Of a DNA stretch of 64,000 bases, positions 36,471 through 47,900 are shown one piece after another. Under the pieces are notes generated by a model that did no database searches, had not been told where the DNA came from, and saw only the letters and a list, made by a program, of their open reading frames with translations. Origin of the DNA: Amphiscolops sp. MND2022 (taxonomy: Eukaryota). The position numbers were made by a program, and so were the translations under genes. Location of the stretch: assembly GCA_964187785.1 (NCBI GenBank), contig OZ076410.1:83452001-83516000 (forward strand). Direction: 5' to 3'. The stretch's first letter is position 1. Every line of letters starts with the position of its first letter.

Positions 36471-38786
36471 TGTCACAGCCCGCTCCCGGTCTGGCGTGTG
36501 GCTGTCGTCAGATGAAAATAGGACGGGGACATGGCTGCAACCTCAGATTCCCGAGATGGTAACTCGTTAAATTTAAAACTTAATAAACTGTGACTAAAAC
36601 ATACGTCAGTGCTGCGCATGCTATAAAATGATAATAGAAAACAGAAATCAAAATGAGCAAAATGATTTCACGCATTTCCGGCACGTCGTTCTTGTCTCGT
36701 CAAATTGGAAACATTCGCCACCTGAAAACTTAATTGAGGATACACATTAGAATAAAAGCCATAATCCGATCTAGATGAAAAATATCCAAAACAGTCTATC
36801 AGGAAAGAACACCAATAAGAACTAAAACAGGAAATACTTTGAGACGGCACGCTGAATTATTTTACGCCTTTCTAAGAAAGGCGGCTTAATTGCACTCTGA
36901 ACCGCAATCAATGCATAATAGGACGGTACCGCGCTGCTGAATAAACAAATGTTGGTATTACACGCAATTTTCAATATTTGTAGTGACGCCATTGACACGT
37001 CGTTGACTAGTTAACTAACTAGAATTAATCTAAATTACTCGTCGCTATGACGTCACAAACTAGGCAGCTAACCAGAACTTTATTCCAAATTGTGACGTCA
37101 GCACTTCGTCTTACTTGGTAGCTAGTCAGAAGTTCATTCTAAAATATGCGTCAGCTACTCGTCAAACTTGGCAAGCTGTCAAGCTAGCTAAGAAACTTGT
37201 CGTTATGTTGTCGCAAATCCATCAAAATAACTGTTTTCATCCATCCAGATTAACATGATGCGAGATGATTGTAACAGATTCTATGTAAACGATGCGCTCT
37301 TTTCAGACTAAAATGGGAAAAATACAAGGATATATCCACATTTTGTCGGGTAAATTATGACTAGATCAGAATCACTTAGGGACTAACTTAAAAGGAGAAT
37401 TTTTCCACTTCTAATAGAACAAAAGTCACGGTTTATTTCCTAACACTAAACAAATGTCGATATTTTACTACCTGAGGTATTTTTATATATTTGCTGTAAT
37501 TTGTGTCATAAAGCTGTTGTTGGATAAACCTTTGTACCATGAATTCATCAATCCATTCTACAAGACGATGTCATTGCGTTGCCTTATATTTATACTCGGA
37601 AGATTTTGTACCTGTTAATGTTATTAAAACTAAATGCTATTCCTCCAAATGAGATTGTTAATGCTAATGCAAGCTCATTTTACAATGCAGTTTAAAGTTG
37701 ATGTTTAAAGTTTGTTCTGTTAAATTTGATTTGTAACCTTGTCGCACTAGTCACGACAAGCCAGAGTTGGGGCATACACTTGCATCTAGTTTGTTGAGGA
37801 CTGTAAATTTAATTCAACCAAAAGATTGCGTCCCAAATTATTTCAAAACCTTTTCCTAGCATCGTTCAAATAACCTTAATTTGAAATTAGTCATCACAAT
37901 TCATCGAGTTGATTTCCAAATTGAATATTAGTTGTTCACGTCAGCGTCACCTCAGCGTCATTTTTCCCGCGAACCAAGTCAGTAAAACAGGGAAATATTT
38001 CCGGTTTGACAGACTGAAGTAATATCTACTTCCTGCTTGGGAGGAAAGCAAAAGGACGCCGAGCTGAAATGATGTGATCATGGTTGATGACTAATGCTAG
38101 ATTGGAATTGCCGTGTCTCAAAAATTGACGAAATGTCGACGCAAAATTGGGAACAAAATGATTTTTTTCATCGAAAATACAGGAAATGACTAATTGTTCG
38201 AGGAAAATTAGGATTTTAATCGTGATCAAATAAAGCTAGGAGGGTATATATAGGATGATTTTCATTGACTCGGGGACTCAGTCTTTTGCAATTGTACAAT
38301 TCAATTGAATTTTCAATTTCACTCTTGCCTTGTTTGTCAGAAAATCTTTGAAAGAAATTCAATTCTTCAAAATCAAACTTTTCTACAAAATGTCAACAAC
38401 AAGAAGCCAAAAAAGAAGGAACGATCAGCAAAGCACCAGTGAGAACGTAAGTGAAGGCTTGATTTCACCCATAGTAGTAGGGAATCCTTGTTCTTCGAAT
38501 CAGGACGATGAGGTAGCGGGGCCGTCTAAACCAAAATCCCCCAGGATCGAGAATAGTCTCCTTGAAAACTTTAGAGCTTCCTTAAAGGAAGAAATAACGT
38601 CAGAGATCAAAAATCTTCTTATCGAATCCCAGAAAGAGATGTTGAAACTTCTTAAGCCTGAAACAAGAGGGAACGTTAGAGAAAATACCGAAGAAGAGGT
38701 AGAAGAGGAAACTAGGAGTTTCTATACTCCAACAAAATCAGTTAGGATAAGTTCTATTCAAAACGACCCGATAATATGTCGTAACA
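36471..38786 (+). repeat. 5' LTR (2316 bp)
   Basis: TGTCACAG...CGTAACA; only 5 substitutions vs the 3' LTR seen by eye (37132, 37624, 37650, 38524, 38572) and no indels. Confidence 0.97.
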
Positions 38787-39829
38787 TGGTGACAGGAGTT
38801 CTAACCGATTCCACTAACCAACCAAAAAGAACGAAAGCCCGGTCTCAAAGTCAACCGGCGTCAAAAGAACGCCCAATTGTAGCGAGAACTCTGTTTGCGT
38901 CGGAAAAAGGCGACAGCACCACGCTGCCTATGCCAAAAGCGTTAACGGCATCTCTCCCAACGTACGACGGGAAATCGGAAAAATTTGAATTATTTGAGGA
39001 CCTTTTCCGTAACAACATCAAAATGTATCCACACCTCACGGAGATACAAAAAATCAATTATTTCCATTCACTGCTACGAGGAGACGCCCTCCAGGCGTTT
39101 TGCAACATAGAAGACACGAAAAAGGATTCCCTTGACGAAATAATGACAATTTTCAAGCGACGTTTTGGAGACTATTTGTCCATGGCCAAGGCACGATGCG
39201 AATGGGATGCGCTCAAATTCGATCCCTCGAACCAGAAACTCCATGAATTTCTAGACATACTTCAAAAAACTGCCAAGGAAGCTTTTGGCTCTGAAGCACA
39301 ACAATTTATTGATAAGGCAATCTATGCAAAGATGCCAGACCACGTCAAGAAAATACTAAACAAGGCATACCTCGAGGATAAACCTTATAATGATATAGTA
39401 CTCCACCTAGAACGCGAAATGAGACTTAACGGCCTCGGAACACCGGATGAGGTAACCCTAGTACCACTAAACAAGGTAGAACCAGCTCCAGCAAAAACTG
39501 AGTCCAAACAAGCCGACAGCACGACGCAAAATGTCAGAAAAGGATATTGCTTCTACTGCAACAAATTTGGACACTATAAGGCAGAATGCAGAAAAATGAA
39601 GAGAGATAAATGGATGCAAACCAGGAAAAACAATGGTCAAACTAACACGAGTGCAGGCAAACAGTTCAAATGCGAAACATGCGGCAAACCCCACAAAACG
39701 GAAGATTGTTGGAACGGAGCCAACTCTGCCAACGATCCACGACCTAAGCGTCACAATAACCCGGAATCAAAAAGGGACGTTCCCGTCCAACCAACGACAG
39801 CTAACCCTGTCACGGAATCAAAAAACTAG
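38390..39829 (+). CDS. gag: Gag (479 aa), initiating inside the 5' LTR
   Basis: Open ORF with capsid-like core (LPTYDGKSEKFELFEDLF) and two knuckles, CFYCNKFGHYKAEC and CETCGKPHKTEDC; the ATG at 38390 is 397 nt upstream of the LTR end. Confidence 0.92.
   Translation: MSTTRSQKRRNDQQSTSENVSEGLISPIVVGNPCSSNQDDEVAGPSKPKSPRIENSLLENFRASLKEEITSEIKNLLIESQKEMLKLLKPETRGNVRENTEEEVEEETRSFYTPTKSVRISSIQNDPIICRNMVTGVLTDSTNQPKRTKARSQSQPASKERPIVARTLFASEKGDSTTLPMPKALTASLPTYDGKSEKFELFEDLFRNNIKMYPHLTEIQKINYFHSLLRGDALQAFCNIEDTKKDSLDEIMTIFKRRFGDYLSMAKARCEWDALKFDPSNQKLHEFLDILQKTAKEAFGSEAQQFIDKAIYAKMPDHVKKILNKAYLEDKPYNDIVLHLEREMRLNGLGTPDEVTLVPLNKVEPAPAKTESKQADSTTQNVRKGYCFYCNKFGHYKAECRKMKRDKWMQTRKNNGQTNTSAGKQFKCETCGKPHKTEDCWNGANSANDPRPKRHNNPESKRDVPVQPTTANPVTESKN
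38787..38798 (+). other. Primer-binding site TGGTGACAGGAG
   Basis: Begins with TGG (complement of tRNA CCA) immediately after the LTR CA; conserved in the relative at 2372-2383. Cognate tRNA not identified. Confidence 0.8.
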
Positions 39830-42800
39830 ATACGCCGCGCCTGCGCTTCGGGGAAACAGTAGACGCGAGGGCGTATTCACCAAATGATCCCCCCACTAAC
39901 TACACCAACGAAACAACCACAGAACGTGACGGAACTCCAACAGAGGACTGGCTGAGACGTCAAGCACTCGCTTCCATACGAAGACCTCTCATACAAACCG
40001 AAAAGGAAATAACACAAGTTGAAGATCATAGAGATGACCACAAACAACACCCAAATCCTCTCATCCAGCCACCCCTCACCAACACAACACAATCCACCAT
40101 AACTCAAACAGAACAAACCGAAAACGCCCTCGACGACCAACCATCGTCAACACAGACAAAGGAAGATACCTATGGCTCCACCCAAGCACCTATCTTCCCA
40201 GAGGATTTCCCCACATCTCTTAACTCTATCAAAGAGTATGTTACTGAAAAAGATGGAGAGATGTACTTACCACTCCACTCCACCATAGTCCTCAAAAATA
40301 GAAGGAGAATGCTGTACTTGCCGCTCGAATTCGGCGAGATAACAATGGATGGACTCGTCGACTCAGGCGCATTCATCAATGCTATGTCCTGGTCAGATTA
40401 CAACGCAATCAAAATGAACAGTGATAGTTGTGTCATAAAAGAATACCCCCAACCCCCCTTCAAGATCGAATGCGCAAACGCACAACTAGAACAACCAATA
40501 GCCACGGCAGACATCCAGTTCAATATTGGAACATATACCTTCACGGATACCTTTGTCATCCTATCGAAAACATCATTCCCCATCATAGGACTAAACTTCA
40601 TGAGAAATCATCAAGCAGTAATTGACACTGCCAACGGAACCATCAATTTCCCGCACGTCGAAATGACGCTAGCCATGACGGACGAGATGAAAAATGCAAC
40701 CCGAAACCGCTCCAAATAATGGCAGAAGGAAATCAAACCCTACCGCCCCAACAAACAACAACAGTGAACGCAATAGTAATAACCACAAACATGCATGACG
40801 TCACTGGAGCGGTACAACCACTACCACAATTTGATGAAGCAGCAACAATCATTGTCGCACCAGCACTAGCGACAGCCCACAATAAAAGGCTCAACATCCG
40901 AATCGCCAACTTAACGGATTTCCCTCATACAATAAAGAATCACACAAAACTGGCCGAACTACAAATCTTCAGACCCGAGGACACGAAACAAATACGTCCA
41001 GTAGACGCCGCCGCACTCAAATTGCTAGAAGATCCTGATGACACCCACATGTACGTCAATGAACTCATGAAAGCCAACGAAACTGAACAAGGTGATGAAA
41101 ATTTCTGGTTCCCCACACCTGAGAATCCGGGAAACGAAGAAGAACATACACCAATCCAACGACGGATCTTGAAAGAAATTCGCGAACTCATCCAAAAAGA
41201 AAAACTCGACCCAACACAAGATCAAGAATCACGAAAGAAATTTCTAGACATGTTCCAATGGGAAGGCTCACAAATCGAAGGAAGTGACAGAAAGCAACTC
41301 GAGCAAACGATAGTCGAATACAACGACATCTTTGCGCGTCATCGCCTTGACATCGGAATCAACAATAACTTCAAAGTCAAATTAACTCCGAAAGATGAGC
41401 GGCCAATTTACACACAAAGTTTGCCAGTACCAATCAACTTGAAAGAGGACCTAACGGTTGAATTGGCGCTAATGCACAGATACGGCATCATAACGACATT
41501 ACCATTTTCGAAATATGCAAGTCCAATTTTCGCACAAAGGAAACCAAATGGCAAACTACGTCTACTCGTCGACCTGCGAAAAATAAACGCACTAATATCG
41601 GATGACTACATCAATAATAACCACCCAGTCAGCACCCTGTCAGACGCAGCCCGAAACATATGCAGGTAAAAAGCTATTCTGCAAACTAGACTGCTCCCAA
41701 GCATATCACTGCTTGCAAATGGCAGACCAAAGATCTATAGAGATGTTAGCATTCAACTTCGCAAGCAGAACATTTGCCTACAAACGGCTGGCACAAGGAC
41801 TAAGCAGAGCACTATCGGCATTTTCAAGTTTCATGAGGGAATATTTGGATAAAGTAATCAAAGCTGACCAATGTGCGCAATATGTGGATGATATCGGAAT
41901 TGCTGCCAATTCTGTGACGCAACTGATACGCAACATACGGGCCGTATTTGAATGCATCCGAAGAGCGGGACTCAAATTGACGATAGAGAAATGCCATTTT
42001 GGAGTGACTGAAGTCGAATTCCTCGGCAGAACGATTACACCGCACGGAATCGCTCCCCAAGACCACAAAATCCAGAAATTTTTAGCCAATGTGAGATTTC
42101 CAAAATCAAAGAAACAAGTACAGAGGTACATTGGTTTCGTCAACTATTATCGCAACTACATCCCGCGATTATCCGAAAAACTGCTCGGATTTTACGAACT
42201 ATTGAAAGCAGACAAACAAATTAAGGTCACAGAAGAACTACTCGATCACTACAAAGCGATCAACGCAGCATTGGCGCAAGCCTGCGGATTGGCTCTCAAA
42301 CAACCAATCACAGGACGACAATACATCCTAATGACGGACGCCAGTTTCCGAGCCTCGGGCTATGCGTTGATGATCGAAGAAGACAACGACAAAAAACTCA
42401 ATTCAAAAAAGAAGACATTTGCGCCAGTCGCATTCGGGTCGAAAGTATTCTCCCCAGCACAGCTAAAAATGTCAATTTATTGCAAGGAATTTTTAGCAAT
42501 ATACCACGCCTTCCTAGAATACAGCCATATCCTGTGGGAAACAACTCTACCGACCTTAGTGATGACAGACAACAGATCAGTAACGCGGTTTTTCCAAACA
42601 AAAGCCATACCGCCTACCTTATGGAACGCGTGCGACTATGTGCTACAATTCAACTTTCATATAATGCACGTGGCTGGTACGCAGAATACAGCAGCCGATT
42701 TCCTATCGCGAATCGATCTCAACCCCAAGGAGAGAGTCGAATTAAAAATCAGAGAGGACATCACAATTCGCCCAATCCAAGTAAACCTACAGTCTACTGA

Positions 42801-44757
42801 CGTCGCAGATGAAGAACAACTTTTCTTTCTTCCAGATGAAACGATTGAAACCGAAGAAGACATTCTTCTGCAAAAAGAACAAGCAAGACAAAACGCGCGC
42901 GACGAACACACGACAAAACTTAAACTAGCCATCAAAGAGACTAACCCAATCCCAATAAACAAAGCTTCCTACACCTTCGGGGCAATAAAGGAAGATGCGC
43001 GCATTAGAGTCGAGCAAGACTCCAGTTTAGTCCTCAAAGCTATCAAGAAAAAGTTAATATGTGAAGAATACGACAAACATCTCTTGCAGACTGACCCGAC
43101 TGCCAAACGTCTCCTAGTCCATGAAAACAGACTAATCGTAAAAGATGGAGTACTAATGAGCAAATACTACGGAGAATGTGGCCAAGTCACTCATCATCAA
43201 ATCCTAATCCCTGAGCATCTGATCACAGAACTCCTGAAAGCAATCCATGGACAAATGGGAAAACACCCTGGGATCACAAAAATGATCCAAGAATGCAGAA
43301 CAAAGTACTACTCCCCTGGACTAGCAAAAAGAATCAAACAATGGGTAATGCAATGCGAAGATTGCATCAGATACAAAAGAATCAATAACAGCCAAATCAG
43401 ACCAAAAATGATCAACAACACAGAACACGTTTTGGGCCCGGAAGACATCTTAGAAATCGACATACTGCCCAATCTACCAAACTCGGCGGGATACCAAAAC
43501 ATTGTCACAATGATTGATGTATTCTCACGCTACCTATTCGCATACCCAACGCAGAATGCCACAGCGAGGACAATTGGACGATGTATAGTCGACGTCATGA
43601 CAAGACATGCCTACTTGCCGACAATGATTCTATCAGACAAAGGGTCGCAATTCAGATCAGAAGTAGTCGCAGAAATAACTCAAATACTCGAAATTCAAAT
43701 CAGCCACGCGTCTACGAAACACGCACAAACGATCGGAATTTTGGAAAGAACACATGCCTCAATCAAAACTGCTCTAAGAATATCGACGGGTGAAAGACGC
43801 TCGATGTGGCACAAGTATGTCCAAATTGCAGTAATGAACTATAACACAACCTATCACGAGACTTTAGGCTGCGAACCGTCTACAGTGTTCCACGGACGTA
43901 TACCTTACAACGTTCTCGATTTAAAACTCGGCATAAAGCCAAAGTGGAAAACCACGCCCAATTCGGACATTGCAGAACAACTCCAAAAGCAAATTGATGA
44001 AGTACGTGCGACAGCAAAAGATAACATCATGCTGTCTTACCTTAAATACAAAAAATACTACGACAAGAAAGCGTCTGCAGCTCCACTGAAAATCAATGAT
44101 TATTGCTACATACTCAATCCGAAAGCCGACAATCAGTCGACAAAGTTCGCTTTTCAAGATTGCATTTGGACTGGACCATATGTGGTAATAAAAGTACTCT
44201 CAAACAATAACTACACAATCCGGAAAATCGGCACCAGATACACACAAACGCTGCACCGAATCCGAATACGACCCTATAAGCCAGAACAGCGCATACCCGA
44301 TGTCACAGTACGAGCAAATGAATACCTTCCTGATCCAGACGTCAAAGTATCGCATAACGAATGGTACGCGGTATCTTGGGAAACGGATTTTGGAAAGCAA
44401 ATAGACGAACATGACACGCTAGGAAAAACAGGAAACGAAAAACAAGTAATGATACAAGAGGTGACGAACACGCATGACGAAAAGACGACGCAGCAAGTCT
44501 CGGAAAATCAGACTGGAGACATGAATGACGCAACGCCGCCGTCTCCGGATTTTTCAAACCTTACTGAAGACGCGGGGGATAATCCGTACATATTCCGCCC
44601 CCCACCCATTGAAAGTCCACCTATTCCCCCGAAATCACCGCCTACAGTAGTCGGATATAATCCGAGAAAAGTAGCAAAATACAACTTGCGACCTAATCCT
44701 AAACCTAATGCTAATCCTGACTTCAGACGACTTGACGCATTGACTACGACTCACTAG
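39805..44757 (+). pseudogene. pol: Pol (aspartic protease, RT, RNase H, integrase) with two frameshifts (~40690, ~41650)
   Basis: LVDSGA protease; RT QYVDD; RNase H MTDAS; integrase HHCC (H..MGKH...CEDC) and D..D(SDKG)..E core; split over ORFs 40261-40719, 40719-41669 and 41602-44757. Confidence 0.92.
39820..39874 (+). promoter_or_regulatory. -1 programmed ribosomal frameshift signal (A AAA AAC plus downstream hairpin)
   Basis: Heptamer 39820-39826 in correct phase just before the gag TAG; the -1 frame is open from 39805 into the protease; GC-rich stem at 39832-39874 (ACGC/GCGT, CGCG/CGCG, CTGC/GTAG) after a 5-nt spacer. Confidence 0.8.
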
Positions 44758-44945
44758 AAAGGAAAAGACTATCAGGAGTCCAAACCGAATCGGCTTGACA
44801 ATTTTCAATTTGAGACTACTACAGCCCCTATAACTTCATTCTCATTACATTCAATCTGTAAAGTTGCCCCACGGACAAGAAAACAAACATCAACAATAGA
44901 TAAAAACTATAAACTACAACACTCCAAATATAAACAAAACTCAGT

Positions 44946-47900
44946 TCAGTCGCCTTTCGAACTAGATGCAGTTTTCTCACCAGCCGCTTTTCCAACACTC
45001 TTCCCACTTCTCGACACAGCTGGTTTGGCAGTGTTCTTCCCACTCTTCTTATCATCTTTTCTGACAACTGATTTGTGACTACTTGACCCAACTCCAGAGG
45101 ACGCAAGTTTTTTCTGATCCTTTTTATGACCCAGCAAGGACACCATACGCGAAGGCACCTTTCCTTTGTCCGATCCATCGACACTGACAGTAGCCGCATC
45201 AGACCCGACGCTTGAAGACTGACTACGAGAACGAATAACAGATGACGTCCCAGTACCACTTACAGAATGCGAGCCCCGACTGCCACCATCACGAAGTCGC
45301 TGATAAGACTCCTTTTTCTTGCCATCCAGATATGCATCAAACAATCCCTGGTAACGCTCCACAAAAGTGCTATGTCCACCGCTGCAAATTCCTTCCCAAG
45401 GATCGAAAGTACCAGACGACATGAAATCGCGCGAACTAGCGATAGCTTCCCGAACTTTATCCATCGTATGCTTAGTGAAGAAAGCACTAAGCTTATAATC
45501 AGGAGCAGAAACACAACTTTGCACCCCACGAATGCAAGACGTGACGACGATGGGAGGGACAGCACAGTTTTTTAAATCAAAATCGACAGTTGGATAGTCA
45601 GCGAGACGCCTCTGTACAACCAAGCAACATAATCTAAACACTCGATATAGATTTTTGCGCGACTGCAACCCATAATCGGCGACCAAGTAAGCAACAATGT
45701 CCTTGATGTCCTCAGCACTACGCTCGTCATTCACATGTCGTGAGCGCACATCCACCACAAAAGTAACAAACTCCTCAGAAGCCGCTTTCAACTCGACAGA
45801 TGACAAGGACCCACTTCTCTCCAAAACTTGAGATAACTTCTTGAATGACATGAAGACGTGCTTGTCATCCCCCTCCAATAACAGCTCAGGACAAAAGCAG
45901 TATATCCCTTCCATAAACTGATTGGAAACGGCACACTGTGAGAGAATTACCTCCACAAGATGATCAAAGAACTCACGACACCGTCGACGGAAGTCCAGGA
46001 ACTCGCTTGTCCCGCGTCGCAGCAAATCAACCCCAAAGTCATGAAGCACAAGAAAACTATCCATATCAGCTTTTTCAAAAGCATCAAGCTTTGACACGTC
46101 CATGAAACTTTCCCAAGCTTCCAGAGGGGGCAATGACGACACCTTCCGACTTCGTGACAGAAGACAATACACAAACTGACATAATTCGAAATAATGGTGG
46201 AATCCATAATCCGCTCGTTTGGTCGTCTGCTTCTTAAAAAAACTGGCATCTAAACACAACCCAAATCCGAGACTCATACCAACCCTCCGCCTATACGACA
46301 AGAGATGACATGCAATACTTACGCAACTCGAGGACATGCACCAGGAGCCCCAGACGAAGTTCATTTGTATTCTCACTATAGACCAGAGTGTCCGTTCCTC
46401 GCATCTAAAATATAACCAACTGGATTATTCAAATACACCAGCCACCGAGGACACTATGCATTACAACTACAAAGGAATATAAAAGGAAAAGAGAAAACAA
46501 AACCCCCCCCTCTCCCTTACTCTACAAAAACAATTACCCTATCAGTCGCACTCCGGAGATGTTTGGGGCCTGTACATCGAACAAACACTCGCACAAACTC
46601 CCAGATGGACAGTAGATCCACGATCACGCCTCGCAATTGTGGGAACTCAACACGACCAACGATGACGCACTGACGCAAGTTAATGACGTCTTCCATCCAT
46701 GACTCTTGTAGAGCCCCTCGTAAACGCAGCAACAGAAAGTCTATCATGCTGTTAACTTCCAGCATTCCAAACACAGCCTGATCCGCCTGACGGTAACACT
46801 GGAGGAACACATCTGTGTCAAATTCAGAGTACATCACGAAGGTACGGCCGTCAACCCGATTGTCGCTCAGCACACGTGTGAGCGTCGGACTAGCACCCTG
46901 CAGAGAGATGGGCAACTGACAAGAGATGACGCTATCAAGAATCCGGGAGAGACAAGACAGCTCAGCACAAGGAACACGCTGACCAAGCGCCTCAACACGA
47001 ACACAGATGGACTGCAACTCGGCGTCGTCCCAGGTGCGCACAATACAATACAACCCATCGTGATGCTCTTCAAATGTGACACTGTAATCTTTGAACGCAT
47101 CCACTCGAGCAAAAAGAGAACGTAGCACCCGAGGGAACAGTGCACGGCAGATCAACGACTAAAACAAGAAAGACACCCTTTTGACTTACTGCCAAACCGA
47201 CCGTCTCTACCCCCTCCCAACAATGCACAAAATCCAATACAAAACCCTACAACTTCAAAGAACAACAATAAAACTTACCAGAGTTTCAGCGCGACTCCAC
47301 ATCAAATTATACAACGGGTTCTCCGGCCCGAGGGTCGCTCGGAAACACCCCCACAGTTTCCGCAGTAGCACATAGCTACCACCAAGTCGCAGCAGCTCCG
47401 TCAAACAATTCACAAGGGTCATCAAAGGAATAGTTGAATCCACCTTGCTACATGCGGGAAGCAAATCTTCGGGGAAGCTGAAACCTTCAGGCTTCTCCTT
47501 ACAAGGACGGGAAAGGTACTCGTCACGTTGTGCCGGCGACAGCTCCATCGGATCCATAAGGCGATTGAAAACTGGGAGGTCGTGATGCACTCGATACGTC
47601 ACATCCAAATTCCAATGCCTGGGTCCCATAAAGTGCCGAGCCAACTCTCCAGCTCCGCGCGTCTCCATTGAAACATCGCGTCCACAAATCGTGCAAAAGA
47701 AGGATGTCGCCACTCCAGTACTTGACCCAGTGACGAAGAGCTCGAAGACAGGATTGCCCTTCACCATATCCTTCCGAAGACGCTTCCGAGCACTGTACGT
47801 CCGAACGCGACGACGTGTTGGCCCAGCCTTCTCCAAGCTCGCCTCCATGCGACTGACTAATTCCTCAAACCCTACAATAGACAACTCAGAATTACAACCA

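Noticed and set aside
36293-36562. 89-aa ORF ending in the ORF3 Cys/His tail
   Set aside because: Chance fusion of flanking DNA to the 5' LTR start; begins at a non-ATG codon.
36668-38229. Short minus-strand ORFs in the LTR (36668-36850, 38026-38229 and their 3' LTR duplicates)
   Set aside because: Short, motif-less and not conserved in the related LTRs.
38851-44557. Many short antisense ORFs opposite gag/pol
   Set aside because: Shadow ORFs of the coding strand; they do not chain by splice signals as the 44946-48973 exons do.
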